From Botryllus schlosseri (Eukaryota), in assembly GCA_051294905.1 (NCBI GenBank), contig CM119371.1, positions 4,404,001 through 4,468,000 on the forward strand: a stretch of 64,000 nt of DNA, given 5' to 3'. Position numbers and translations under genes: made by a program. Shown piece by piece: positions 1-13,414 of this stretch. The notes under the pieces are model-generated. The model ran no database searches and was not told the origin of the DNA. It worked only from the letters and a program-made list of their open reading frames with translations. Within the stretch, counting starts at the first letter, position 1, and each line of letters starts with the position of its first letter.

Positions 1-212
1 GTGCGGTACACCAATCCGCCATAAGGGTCCCCCCGCTTGGAAAAGCTTTAGGTACAGGACGAGAGCGATTCAGATCGAGGAAAAAAATCATTAGAACGGA
101 GTGAAATAGCATAGCAACCAGGCATGTAATACACACATTGAATAACAATACATGTTCAGTACATACCGAAGGGTTATAAACAGTGAGACACAACAGAGCG
201 GTAAAAAAAAAT

Positions 213-1091
213 TCAAATCTGCATTTCAAACACTGGTGCAAGTACAAAATTTTGCAAGTGACTGGGTGTTCTGACAACACGACCACTATTCGTAATCGAT
301 GTAATTTGAGATTCGGGAAGGGTTGCGTTCTGGGCGGTATCATTATTAGATTGGGAGTTTTCAAAACATTGCAATGGCAACCGACCCGGAATCAAACGAT
401 CAGTAGAGGCGTCATAAGGACCTTTACTAGTCTCGATAGTAAAACACTTCGGAGTGCGCTTCAGCACTTTGTGCGGACCAGTATAAACGGGGTCAAGTGA
501 TCGTCGTGAGCCGTCAATCCTTAGAAAAACGTGGGTGCAAGTGGTTAAACTATTGGGAACTTGTGACTCTGGGTTACAGTGAAAGTTAGTGGAAGTTTGA
601 CCAATGGCCGAAAAGAATCGTCTCATATTGCTCACGAAGGTTGGATTGTCGGTGCTATTCCTACACGGAACGGGATCAACTAATTGACCAGGCAAGCGCA
701 ATGAAGTACCATAAGTCAATTCGGAAGACGAGTACTCTAAATCCTCTTTTATTGCACAACGCAACCCCAAGAGTACTAAGCCTAAATTATGATACCAATC
801 GGACGGGCTCTCCTTTGTGCGCAACGCGTCTTTCAACGTGCGGTTAAATCTTTCGACCATTGAATTTTGCTCAGGTTTACGGGCTAGGGTTGTAATATGA
901 TGTATTCCAAGCAATTGCATAAGTTGGTACCATTCGCTAGACGTAAATTGGCTACCTCGATCAGTTATAAGTTTCCTGGGTGCGCCGAATCTAGATACAT
1001 AGCCGAGGTTAAAAGCGTCAATGACCGTCTGGGTGCGCATATCACACATAGGGATACACTCCGGCCAACGAGAAAATCTATCAATGCACAT
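213..1091 (-). pseudogene. pol: Gypsy #1 integrase core and C-terminus
   Basis: IDRFSRW, TDRGSQF, VERFNRTLK and YTGP motifs; N-terminus cut off by the foldback MITE. Confidence 0.93.
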
Positions 1092-1708
1092 CAGGGCTGT
1101 TCAAAAATAACGTTTTTTTCCGAATTCCAGCCGGTCACTGATTAAATTGTCAGGTTACCGTAAAAAACGCTGCCCACCAAATTTGGTTCAATTCGAACGA
1201 GTGTAGGACTCCGCAGATCCAATTAAAATTTTTAATTTATAAGGGAAAATTAAAAAATAAAATGTTTCAAATTTTTCTGCCACCCTATGAAATTGTTGAG
1301 ATGTCTTCAAAGACGTTGCAAAACAAATTTGAGTCAATTCCAACCAATAGAAGCGGAGTTATGTGAGTTTTTCGTTGATAATTCTCCGATTATCCTTGAT
1401 TGGTGGATAATCCGAGGATTATCAACGAAAACTGAAATAACTCCACTGCCACTGGTCGGAATTGACTCAAAATTTGTTTTGCAACGTCTTTGAAGACATC
1501 TCAACAATTTCATAGGGTGGCAGAAAAATTTGAAACATTTTATTTTTTAATTTTCCCTTATAAATTAAAAATTTTAATTGGATCTGCGGAGTCCTACACT
1601 CGTTCGAATTGAACCAAATTTGGTGGGCAGCGTTTTTTACGGTAACCTGACAATTTAATCAGTGACCGGCTGGAATCCGGAAAAAAACGTTATTTTTGAA
1701 CAGCCCTA
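1092..1708. mobile_element. Foldback (almost fully palindromic) MITE in Gypsy #1 integrase
   Basis: CAGGGCTGTTCAAAAATAACG...CGTTATTTTTGAACAGCCCTA; arms pair almost to the centre (~1400); imperfect TSD AATGCACAT / AATTGCACAT. Confidence 0.9.
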
Positions 1709-2723
1709 AATTGCACATCAATAAATATGAAAACCGCAACTATTAGGTAAGGAAAGGATATCAACATTTACGGTATGAAAACGTTCAGAGGGCACTGGAA
1801 GGTTGGTTATTGGCGTTCGAGTATGTCGGGTTATCTTCGAGCGTTGACACGGGAGACACTGTCGAACAAACTCGGTTATGTGCCGCTTCATATGAGGCCA
1901 TACGCACCGGTCCGTTATCAGCTTCGTAGTCGCTCGAATGCTAGGGTGAGAAATGTTGTGAAGTCCGTTGAGCACTGCGTCGCGCAAAGAATGCGGTACG
2001 AACGGGCGATGTTTGCCAGGCAGCGACCTGTCGAAAAGAACGGGGCCATGCAGCCCTTCAACTGTTACCTCCACAAGATCCAAAGAATGTTCGTCGGAGT
2101 TAGACAGTAGATCTCGCAATTCGTCGTCGTCTTTCTGGGCATCAAACAGCATCTGTGCAGAAATCGGTACGGTATCTGGAAAAACCACATTGACTTCTAA
2201 TCTAGAAAGAGTGTCGGCCGCGGTGTTCAGCGATCCCTTAATGTGGCGGACGTCGCTCGTAAACTCCGTGATGAACCTTAATTGTCTTGATTGGCGCGCG
2301 ATGAGTCTTTCAGTAGGGTTCTGCAATGCTTTAACGAGGCCATCATTATCGGTGACTAGTTGAAATTTTCTGCCCTTCAATTGTACGTGAAAATGTTTAA
2401 CAGCAGAATACGCTTCCAAGAGCTCGCGATCGAATGCTGAATACGTTCGTTGGGTACGATTAAGGGTCTTCGAATAAAACCCTAGAGGTGACCATATACC
2501 TTTGTGTTGCTGCTGCAGAACTGCACCCATTCCTACTTCACTTGCATCCACGACTAGAGAGAGGTCCGAGTCATGAATAGGATGGACAAGTAACGCATTA
2601 CCTGAGAGATCAGATTTGATGCGGTCAAATGCTGATAATGCAGAGTCAGACCATACAATACGTCTGCGTTTGTTGGATGATTGATTTGCTATATCGTAGA
2701 GCGGCTTCAATATAGTTGCGCAG
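1709..2723 (-). pseudogene. pol: Gypsy #1 RNase H and integrase HHCC region
   Basis: VDAS..GMGAVL, YSAFDREL, ADTLSR and H...HP...C..CQ motifs. Confidence 0.92.
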
Positions 2724-3694
2724 TAGGGATGGTGTGAACGTGAGGTTCACGTTCGTGTTCTGTGTGTGAACCTCGGAAATTTAGAGGTTCGCGTTCACAA
2801 CAGAACCTTGACAGGTTCTGCACTGTGAACCTTTTTGGTAAATTGTAAATTGCACTTAATTATAAGATCTTTGGTTCAAGTTTATTGCATTTCAACTGCG
2901 GGTCACTCTATGCATGGCGCTGGCAGCATAAAAAATCAACACTAAACGAGCATGCACCATGACAACCTTGAAAGTTTTACTTGCATTTTTGTTACCAAAA
3001 ATTTCTCGAAATATCCAGCTTTCCGTTTGTGAATATTTAGTGACTCTCCGCTGTGAGCTTGACCCGCAATCACACAACATCACGAGCGATATACGCAGTC
3101 AGCGAATGGAGCTTATTCAACCAATCAATGACATTGATATCGTTTTCTGATGTGAAAAATCGAGTACGCGTATGGGGTAAATTTCGACTTCATATCTTTA
3201 CTGTATCATTATAACCTAATCCGTGCGATTAAGATGCTGGCTACTGCTATATAACTTGTTGTTTATGGTATCGGTAGCGAGTATAGAAGCCCGTTTTACA
3301 CTCTGCTCAATATCAATGTAGCAATACTCAGATTCCGAACACATTGTCCGGTCTGGCTAAGACCATTAAGGCGTAAGCTTATATTTCCTGGTAAGTCCTC
3401 GTCGAAATTGTTGGCAAAACGACGGAATGTATTGATTTTATGAGATTATTGTATCCTTTGATAACCGCGGTTGATACATTTAGCGACGTTTAAAACGCCA
3501 ATATGTACTTCAGCAATGCCACATTATGTGGCCCGAGTATCTTGCACAATAATATAGGCTATCGCTTCATTGAAATATAGGGTTGGAATTGGCAATATGA
3601 CGTCACGAGGTTCACGTTCGTGTTCACACAGAACCTTTCAAAAAGGTTCGCGTTCACACGAACCCGAACCTTTCAGAGGTTCACACCATCCCTA
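2724..3694. mobile_element. hAT-like MITE in Gypsy #1 pol
   Basis: TIR TAGGGATGGTGTGAAC; perfect 8-bp TSD TTGCGCAG; subterminal GTTCAC/GAACC repeats. Confidence 0.93.
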
Positions 3695-4527
3695 TTGCGC
3701 AGTCTTTCACAAATCGATGATAGTAACACACAAGGCCAAGAAAGGATCGTAGTTGCTTTACGTTATCTGGGCGAGGGTAATTTGTTATCACATCAACCTT
3801 TGCAGGCAGGGGACGGATTCCCTCGAAGCCAACTAAATGTCCAAGGAATTCAATTTCCTCTTTTACCAAATTCGCATTTGTCAACGTTAATGACCAGACC
3901 GAACTCACGTAGCTTCGAAAACAGTGTTCTGAGCGTCGTCAAATGTTCCTGTTTAGTGCGGGTGGCGATTAAAATGTCATCTAAAAACACGAAAATATGT
4001 TCGATTCCGGATGTAACCTCGGAGATAAAACGGCTGAAAGTGCTACATGCATTCGTCAAGCCGAACGGCATGGTAGTTGGTTGAAACAGTCCTTCGGGGC
4101 AAATAAACGCGGCCTTCTCTTGGTCCTGGGGATGGAGAGGAATCTGTTGGTACGCTTTCTGTAAATCAATCTTGCTGAATATGCTGCAACCGTGCAATTC
4201 GTTAGTGAAGTCTCGTAAAAAGGGAACTGGCCATCGATCTTTGATTGTTTGATTGTTTAACTTACGGTAATCGACGCAAATCCTAATATCGTCTTCACCT
4301 TTAGGAACAACGGTAATAGGTGACGCATATGGCGATTTTGAACGGACAATGTCTCTGGACGCTAAAAGCTCGTCCAATCGATCCCTTACCTTGCGTCTCA
4401 AATACGGCTGTAATGAGCGACAACGCGAACGCACAGGACCGCCAGTAGTTAATATCCGGCGTACAGTGCCATGCTTGCCACGTAGGGACGCAATCTTCGG
4501 TGTGGTCAAATCTTTGAATTCCTTCAA
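3695..4527 (-). pseudogene. pol: Gypsy #1 reverse transcriptase (frameshifted)
   Basis: RICVDYRKLN, KIDLQKAYQQIP, MPFGL, FLDD and FLGH motifs; frameshift near 3860-3900. Confidence 0.93.
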
Positions 4528-5011
4528 GATGTCTGCATATGGTTGCTTATGGTGTTGTGAGCTGGTTGCTTATGGTGTTGTGAGACTAAGTTAAGGCCAA
4601 AAACAGACGCAGGTTTCTTCCTACCTCTCACGAGAGTGTTCGAATTTGGGTCCAACATTACGTTATTTCTAATATCGACTACAAAAGAGAACTCCTCCAG
4701 GAAATCAGCTTCTATTATCGCAATTTTTGTATCAGCTACGTAGAATACAAAATCACACGTGTGCCCGTTTGAGAGTCGGATGTTGCGAGATTTCGTACCA
4801 CCAGTCGGAATAGCGGTGCCGTTCGTTGCATACAGGTTTGGTCCACGGTCTTTGTTACGACGATCTTGCCATGTGCTGGGCATGAGTGAAACGGATGCGC
4901 CTGTATCTACTAAGAAATGAGTTCCAGAAATTTCGTCCTGTACATGTAATAGAGACACATTATGAGAGTTGTGCGAAACAACCAATGGATCTGTACGGCG
5001 TGGACGAAATC
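4524..5011 (-). pseudogene. Gypsy #1 aspartic protease
   Basis: FLVDTGASVS catalytic motif. Confidence 0.9.
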
Positions 5012-5952
5012 CTACGCCGTACCTATGTCTAAATAAGCAGATTCGTAGTGTACACAACCAAGGTGGCAATTTCGTGCACGATCACCAAACCGTTCGTGAT
5101 AGTAGCAGAGACCGCATTCATGGCTTCGCGGAGGGCCGTCAGTACGCCAGTCATTACGAGAAACGGGACTTCGATGCCTAGAGTCGGTATGCACGTCTTC
5201 AAATCGAGGGTGGTGACGAGTCGTTGCACCAGCGGCACAGGTCGGTCGTGGAGGCACACGCGGACAGGAGGTGTATCCCGTACAGGCGGTCGAGATTGGA
5301 GCTGTCTAACTTCACGAGTCAGACTTGAAATTTCTCTTCGCACCTGATGAAAGTCAGCGTTACCGGGCGCTTGGTGATTAGTATGATGAGACCCACGGGC
5401 GTAGATATTGTCAGCTCGTACAGCCAATTCATCCGCGGTATCAGTTACGTGTGACGATAAAATATTGGCCAAGGAATCAGGCAAGTGGTGCAGGAAGGCC
5501 TCCCGGAGGTAACAATCGACACCAGGCCCTCCATGGAGCATTCCCGTCGCACTCCTCAGCTTCTTGAGTATCTCTGACGGTTTCAACCCATGACAGCGTC
5601 CACTATATAGCTCTTGAACACGATCTCGTAGCGGGACAGTATATTCATCTAGCTGGATTTGACGTAAAATATCAAAGTAATCGGGGTTCTCGATGCCAGG
5701 AAGCCTCATTCGGATAGATTCGAGTTGATTTCCATCAAGGCAGCGCAAAACGTAGTTGTACCGGGCAACATCATCGTCGACACCATAAGACTGGAATCCA
5801 GCTTCTGCAGACACAAACCAGGACTCCGGTGCATGCGACCAAAAGTGCACCACAGGCATAGCTCCCCGCAGATGGGCGTTGAAAGGCTGGGCAGCAAGCT
5901 CCTGTCGTTCATCGTGCACGGCTCGTCGTCGGCGACTTCTTATAGACATCAC
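5012..5952 (-). pseudogene. gag: Gypsy #1 gag (frameshifted)
   Basis: FW..PESWF..AE..F N-terminal gag motif in ORF 5029-5952; CYYHERFG..ARNC zinc knuckle in the overlapping frame (5012-5257). Confidence 0.85.
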
Positions 5953-5963
5953 GTCGAGCTCTG

Positions 5964-5981
5964 ATCACGTCGGGGTCATCA
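5964..5981 (-). promoter_or_regulatory. Primer binding site complementary to tRNA-Trp
   Basis: Minus strand reads TGATGACCCCGACGTGAT, one mismatch from the tRNA-Trp PBS TGGTGACCCCGACGTGAT, 4 nt from the LTR. Confidence 0.85.
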
Positions 5982-5985
5982 AAAG

Positions 5986-6376
5986 TATGGCGGCTATGGC
6001 TCGCTACCTGAGTATGGACTATACGCCGCGTTCCCTCTAGGGTCCGCAACAGAGAGTCGGCGAATACGTTGGCCAGCACTTTATTGCACGACAGAAAACA
6101 TCAACGGACTAACGGTAAAACATCGGATAAAATAACAGCGTCGGTCGTGCAGCGTCAGGTAAAAAGCCAGCAGCGTTTGTCAGGTAAGAAGCGTCGGCAG
6201 CAGTCGTCAGGTATAAAAGCCGGCAGCGTTTGTCAGGTAGAAAGGCCGTACCGAATCGGAGGAATGTCTGCTTAAATAGTCTGAGTAGAGACACGGTCGC
6301 GCACAATGATCAGCAATGATTACTAATTGGGTGATCCGTCGTCGAGAGGGTATGTGCGGTACACCAATCCGCCATA
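5986..6376 (-). repeat. 5' LTR of Gypsy #1 (391 bp)
   Basis: Bounded by the inverted repeat TATGGCGG...CCGCCATA; 6354-6376 is identical to 1-23; the PBS follows immediately. Confidence 0.9.
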
Positions 6377-7941
6377 GTTGATAGAGGAATAGTTGGTTGC
6401 GTCAAAATGAGGAGATAGTGTTGCATACCAGAGTGTGCTAAAACCACTGCCAATGCGCATTTGTTTAAAGTTCCAGCAAAACGTTTTTGCACTGTTGGCA
6501 AATATGAATGGGCAGGAAACCTTGAGAAATTTATAAGCAGAATGCTTCAAGATCCGTGGCTGGATCAATTGTAGAGAAAAGATGATTTAAAGATTTGCGA
6601 ACTTAATTCGCGTCATATGATTTGTTGAAAGGTGAGAAAATGATTCTATACTGTAGCTGTACCCTTCATCATTGCATAAGCACAACAGAGTGGTAGGCTA
6701 CCTTGACTTTATATTTTGATTCCCATGGTAGTTGACTGGTAAAACTTATGTACCGATTTTGTTTTAATGTCTAAAGCTTTTGCTTTTGTGGACAGGACAC
6801 AAATCGATCAATTTGAAAATTGGAGCTCTTCGAATCTTGAATTTGCCAGTAAATTGGTCTGATTGTGTTCTCATGGCTTTATGGCTGTACCGAAAACTAA
6901 ATTGCGAATATTTCAGCAATGCTGTTCAATGTGATGTTTCATGTGTGTGTCTAACTACTTCTGATTTTTTTGCATTTTCAGCGAAAATATTGTATTCAGT
7001 ACAACGAAACACAGAATGGTGGGATTCGTTGATCTTTGGTATTCGAGACCAGTAGATGATGGTGATGACCAACTACACACGCTCCTCAAGATTATGTCTG
7101 GGGCCTGGAAACGTCTTTTTCCAAATCCGCGGCATTCCAAAGTCAGATGTTCTTCAACCTTTTTCGTCGTGGTACACCCTTCTAAGGTTTATTCGAAACT
7201 CGTACACCCCTGACCACATAACTCATTGATTTCGTATAGTAAGCCTAATCCAGGGTAGTCCAACCTCCTTGTTATTCACGGCCGTGCTTCGATTCCATAT
7301 ATAGCATACGGCCGTATTTCGGCGTGGAGTCGTCGTGGACCATCTGGACGTCATATACTCTGGACTCTAATTGCCGCACCCCAAACCCGCCCGTCGGGGG
7401 GGGGGGGGGGGGGGGGGGGCGAGATCGAAAGCGGCCGAAAATTACTTCTTGAATGAACATAAGATACATGGTATATTTTTGAAAATTTGTTCACCTTTAC
7501 TTATTTTTTTTCGCACTACGCTCGATTTAGTGTTGCCAAATTTCTTGATTATTAGTACTCTTACCCCAAGAAAAAATACGCATGATTTATAGAAATAAGC
7601 ATTTCGGCGTCGGCCATTACCGCGCCACGACGCAGCTGGACATATGAAGTTTGAGGCCATGTCACAAAATACGATCCGAGAAGTGTGCCAGAATGATCGG
7701 CAGCGAGAAAACCTTGATCGAAAAGGACATCCCTTATGCTGACCGAAAACCCCGATATATATACAATTATAGGCGTCGTAATGGCAGGCGCTGAATTTTC
7801 CTGTCCTGGTAATCTGAACCCCGCAAGACAACTACCATCCCACAGTGAAAATTATTTGCCATTGAAGAAATATCAATTTGAAATCGCTTGCATCTTTTAG
7901 TATAGTACGTTTGGGCGATTTCAATATCGTTTGCCATAGCA

Positions 7942-10068
7942 CAGTTTTTCTCAACCCCGAGTCCGCGGACTCATTTGATTCCGCGGAAGGTCCTTGGTGA
8001 GTCCGCGAACACAGGAATTTTCAGTAATTTAATCGGCTCGGCACACTTTTTCTTCCACTTCCGATATGATTTCGGAACATGTAATTGACAGACCTACGGG
8101 GCTCGTTCACTTTCGGACCAAAGTCTTTGCAGCCTTACGGAGAAAATAGCTTTTTGGTCCGAAAGTGAATGAGCCCCGTCCCGGTCGTCCGTCTTCGTCA
8201 AATTCCGATTTGAGAATTAGGCTGAGTGATTTGCAAAATACCCATTTTGAAAGGTTAGTAACCTTAATAGCTGTCATAAAAATGCATAGATACCTCAAAT
8301 ATGTGACTGGCGGCACTCAACTTCAATAGTGCTTTCAGAACTACATTCATTGCAGTAGCATTTATTACCTCGGTGACTTTTCGGGTTTCCCTTATCAAGA
8401 ATTAACGGTACCATAAAAAGGATAAAGAGTTTGTATACAATCTTTCAATATTCCATTAATATATTCCGCTGATTGTCTGTGTAACGTCTTCTGAGTATTG
8501 TATAATTTGATTCTCTATTATCCCTTTATTATGACTACCGGAGTACCGGTACAGCTGACTTTGGCCAGCTACCATTCCTTTTTATGATTGCATTGTTACG
8601 TCATATTTTGCCAATTTGGATTTTGTTTGAATCTCTTTCTATTTGCTTCTTATTGTGCCGTTACCTCATGTTGATAGGGGGCATACGAAATTCCTGCAAG
8701 TTAATAAATTATACTGCAGTGAATGTAGTTTTGAAAGCAATATTAGAGATACCTCAATAAGCGATGGTTGGCCACGTATATTTCAAACGCAAGAACAACG
8801 AAACTGCACCACTACAAATTGATCAGCATTCCAAGCATTATTGGTTCTCCTGAGATTTTCTGTGTCTTGGGCAAACCAGTTGGTTACAAGTATCACAGGC
8901 AAAACGGGTATGCTTTGCACATCTGTCGCATCATCCTGGTTTGATTCCAATCACGCCAGGTATAAAACCCCTATTATCGCCAACTGGAATTTTTCAAAAT
9001 GCCCTACATTTATGTTCGAGGGAGCCTATTGCTAAAATTGTCATAAGCAATTTTATCACGGTCATAAACCCTACAATTTTGGTCGGATTGACTTGAATTT
9101 AGTACGAATGGACTCGGAATTTAATGCTGCGTGTTCACTATTAACAATTCACATACAGAATGTGCCAGGTATAAACCCCTGGGACAGCTCTTTATACACT
9201 ACACACGTATGCGGGTCCGTAACTGCCGTACACCAAACCCCCATAATTGAGGGGGGACCTCGAAGGGGGGCCAAAACTATTCGTGAATTAACATAAATTA
9301 TAAAGTTTTTTTTTGAAAATTTCTGCAACTTTTTAGAAAAATTCTATCATATTCCGAAACGTCTCACTCAGCTCGACCGATAAATCTGAATGCATGAGCA
9401 GAGACAGCATAAAAAATTTACAGCTAGATGCAATCCCCGATCATGTTGACCGATTCAATCATGAATTATGAAATATTTCCGCGCCTCGCGCGGTTTATTC
9501 GAAACAAAACGACTGAATGAACGGTACAAAAATTTCGCTGAGAAGTAGCGGTAAAAAGGTATCGGAAGTGGGGTCTGGGGGTAAAGCCCACCAGAAGTTA
9601 GGTTTAAGGCCTGTGTGGCCCAAGACCAACGTTTTGTTATTGAGGGGGGCTGACGAAGTGCTGTTACGGTCCTGCACGTAGGCACATTGCACAGGTTTCC
9701 GGCGCGATATACGCTGAGTGCTGGTAATTGATTATGGCGACTTGTTCACTTACAGACTATTTGGAAAATTACAAATCGTAGGGACATGTGCTAATCACAG
9801 AAACAATCTATAGTTGTCTAATATAAGTGGAACTCGAGATGTGGACTGCACTACTGAATAGTTGCTTGAATTGCAAAGCCGACAGATGTGGAAAGACAGA
9901 TTTAAGAAAGCTTCCTTGACTCAATTTTAGCTCATTTTTTGTTGATACCGTATTACACTCTCTTGGATAGAAAAAGAAAAAAATTTCAGTAATATATATA
10001 GCTTGAGTCCGCGGGTATACTGGCGAGCTTGAGATGAGTCCGCGGGTAAAAAAGGTTGAGAACCACTG
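7942..10068. mobile_element. Non-autonomous hAT (Charlie-like) element
   Basis: CAGTTTTTCTCAACC...GGTTGAGAACCACTG termini; 8-bp TSD CCATAGCA; the empty site is visible in the paralogous repeat near 20171. Confidence 0.88.
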
Positions 10069-10162
10069 CCATAGCAGGTCACGAAATAACATCATGTAAC
10101 GAAGTTACTATACTAAGGGGCCAGCCCGAATTATTATTTACGGTCCCTACATTATCCAAGAC

Positions 10163-11193
10163 TAGAGCCGGACCGATTATCGGCTCGCCGATAATATCGA
10201 GTCGATATTACACTTGGAAGGAAATATCGGTATCGGCCAATGGAGGTAAAAAACATCAGCCATTTCGTGACGTCACCGTTATGCAGCCAGACAGCGGCCG
10301 GATGGATAGTTGTCTGCAGAAGATTTCGATCGATTAGGGAACTGAGAACTTCATCAATGCTGGACTGACCCTCGTCATGACAAAGAAAAGCGTCGCGTCA
10401 AAACATACTCTGTAGATGGTGCTGTTGGTGTCTTTGTAAGAAGCTGACAAGCCAAGGTTTGGTACCAACTACCAACAGAGCGAAATATACCAGCACCGTG
10501 TCATCTGACTGAGGCCTGAGGGGGCACCGTGATACGAAATATGCAAGCATAGAGTGCAAGAATATCAAGCAAATGTGGAGTAAAGGCAACAATTAATACA
10601 AAAATGTTTGATTCCATGATGATGTTGGGTCAATTCTGACAAAAGAGCGTAAAATATTGATCAATTGATTTTGAAATGCTGATCATGGTCAAGGCAAATT
10701 CTCTTCGGCTATTTGTTAATGATGTACTGAAGGCCCCAAGTGCACTTCCAAAATAATATCAATATTTGGTGGAACCATGGAAGGAAAAATTCCCTGCAAG
10801 GGGGCGGTGGTACCGAAATGAAGAAAGATTTACAATTCTTGCTGTGCCACTAACTATGGTACCACTACCAAGTGAAAGACTGCTCACTGTGTTTAGCACT
10901 ATATACATCATTTATAAAGACCACAGAAGTTCACTCCTTGGAGAAAGGGCCGAGAAATTGTGCTTCGTGAACTGTAATCTGCAACTGCTAGACTGGTGCT
11001 ATTGATATATTTTTATCGCTCCCAGATCATTTATTTCATGTTCAAGCATAGCAATGGCTGTAAAATTGTTGAAATAAATACTCTGAGGTGTTAAATATGG
11101 GCCTTTAATTAGATTCCATATCTTTTGAATATCGGCTGAATATATCGGGGGTTATCGGTATCGACTCAGAAATCCAATATCGGTGGGGCTCTA
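10163..11193. mobile_element. hAT-like MITE
   Basis: TAGAGCCGGACCGAT...ATCGGTGGGGCTCTA; 8-bp TSD TCCAAGAC; ATATCGG subterminal repeats. Confidence 0.88.
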
Positions 11194-12078
11194 TCCAAGA
11201 CACCATCTCATTCTGCTCTACAAGCAAATCTGATTACGTGGGCGGAGAGAGTGAGAGAAAAACAAAATTAATAACAATAAATGTGCAATTTCTGATATAA
11301 TTGACCGATCCAATCATCAATTATAAAATATTTTCGCGCCTCGCGAGATCTAACACGCTATAAACTAGTCCACTAACGTATATAACAAATTTCGCTGACA
11401 AAGTAGCGGTTAAAACATAGACCGTTATATGAGGGGTCTACTGTTTGGTTCATGACACTATGCGGACCCAAGACCAACGTTTTGGTGCCTGTCGAAGTGC
11501 TGTTTCGGCCCTGCATATAGCCTACTCATGTTAAATTGTCTACTGCGAACTTCGCACCGCGGAGAGCGCTTGTGGTGTTCTGCGCCATCACTGATTTCTT
11601 GAGATATAACTTGCGTATAAAAGGTTTTAATTGCAGCAGTAGTCGTGTGGGCAAAAGGGCGGTTGCGCAGCGAGAGTGGGAGTGGTCAGCTGGTGTGGTT
11701 GGTTGGCATTGGGACGCAACAATGCTGAAGAATGCTGCCTGGCTATTTTTCTCTTGAGCTACTTTCTCGTTTCGCCTGACAGCATTGTCGCGTCCCAATG
11801 CCAATCTCCATAACAATGAAAAATTCGAGGCTGATTGTGGGAGTTCCAGGACCACGACCGGAATAGAATTTATATTTTCGTAAACAGTGCAGAGTAAGCT
11901 TTCGATTGATACCTGTTTTACCAAATTTAATGCTCGGCAAGCCGGTCAAAAATTACCGTCAAATTGCCTGTAGCCAAGTGGAAATTGTGACGTGATACAA
12001 TTTCACTGGGGCGTGAGATTTGCCTGTGTCGACACCATATAGGACACTATGCTGAAACGCAGAGCTCACGGTAGTTTC

Positions 12079-12531
12079 CAGAGATGAACATGGATTAGGA
12101 TTAGGATGCGAAAAAACAAGATTTGTGAAATTTTGTCCGATTGGAGATTTTTTTCTGAACGGATTAGTATTTGGATTGGATTTACCGATTTTCTGAAAGA
12201 CTGATATTTTGTGTGGCGAATGGTGATAAACTTTATTCAGATCAGTTATTAATGTCCGTATGGTACACTACACTATGGTGCAAATGAACATGAGATGTGC
12301 AGCCCTATGCTAAGTTATCTTAAATCAAGAAAATCGTTGGTTGGTAAAGGAAAAATTACGATCTCGTCATTGCATAAATTAGAATTTTTTCTGAATTTCA
12401 AGTTGGAATCGGATTAGGATTGGATATGGACTTGAATCTGAAAAAGTTCAGGATTAGGATTTGGATTAGGATTTGAAACTTCGGATTTGGATTGGATTGG
12501 GACATAGAAATTCCAAATCCGTTCATCTCCG
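12079..12531. mobile_element. hAT-like MITE with GGATT subterminal repeats
   Basis: CAGAGATGAAC...GTTCATCTCCG; TSD GTAGTTTC/GTAGGTTC. Confidence 0.8.
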
Positions 12532-13414
12532 GTAGGTTCCAATCATTGTATATATATCATTGCTGTAACTGCATACCCGTAGTTGGTAATGGCACGGTTC
12601 AGTTCCAAATCAGCGGGTACGTATCTGCAATTTCCTGATCAATCCTGTCGACAACTTGCAAAAATTCCGTAATGTATGCCATCAATTTAGCAAAGGGTTT
12701 TCAAGCAATGATGCGTGACATCAATACAACAGGGATAGACTGAGTGGAATCGGTAAAGTCCGGGAAATCGTTCCAATAGGCTACGGTGGCTTCATGGGAT
12801 AATATAGCTGCTGCCACATTTTTTCACTTTTCTAAACTTCAATTCGTTTTCTTCTGAGCAGTGCGTCATTGATATTAGTTTTTATATAGTGTTGTGTAGC
12901 CTAAAACACCCGAAACTGACCAGTAATAATGTTAATAAATATACTGCAACACTTCGACACTGCATGGAACGATTTCTATGTTCGTGTATTTACGTTGCTG
13001 TCGTTTCACTCTATTTTGCACAGGACTAGTAATTAGCGTCAAACATGATTTCCTCGTGTGTCGTGCTGCGTCGCTATCTATATGTTATACCCTTGTGTTC
13101 TGTTGTCTACAGGTCTTTCGTTTGACTGCACTCTGGATCGTGTCGCCTGTCTTAAAGTTCTTCTGTTCATAATATACTGATTTCGTGTTTGAAACCTCGT
13201 CGTGTAAGTTATTGTTCAAACAAGATCAAGATTATAACAACAATCACTCGTATCGATAGTACTATATAACAGTCAGAAGGATGTTTGGTATGTCATTAAA
13301 GTTATTTAGGCACTGAGCTGTCAGTAGGTTAAGAAAGTATAGCTACCACAGCCATGTTTATCAATAGCCTACAATCATTCCGCGAAATTTCTTTGCAAAA
13401 TTTCGATCACTTAC

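Larger units (their letters stand above)
1..6376 (-). mobile_element. Gypsy/Ty3 LTR retrotransposon #1 (decayed, two MITE insertions; 3' LTR runs off window start)
   Basis: 5' LTR 5986-6376 whose end matches window bases 1-23; polypurine-tract-like AAGCGGGGGGACCCT next to the 3' LTR; gag-PR-RT-RNaseH-INT order on the minus strand. Confidence 0.95.

Noticed and set aside
183..5964. Plus-strand ORFs over Gypsy #1 (and similar antisense ORFs over the BEL and LINEs)
   Set aside because: They are antisense shadows of retroelement coding sequence.
6400..7140. Possible LRR or other host exons
   Set aside because: Frames are short and interrupted by stops, with no recognisable motif.
7396..7419. 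Poly-G run giving poly-Pro/poly-Gly ORFs
   Set aside because: A homopolymer inside a repeat, with unreliable length and no coding support.
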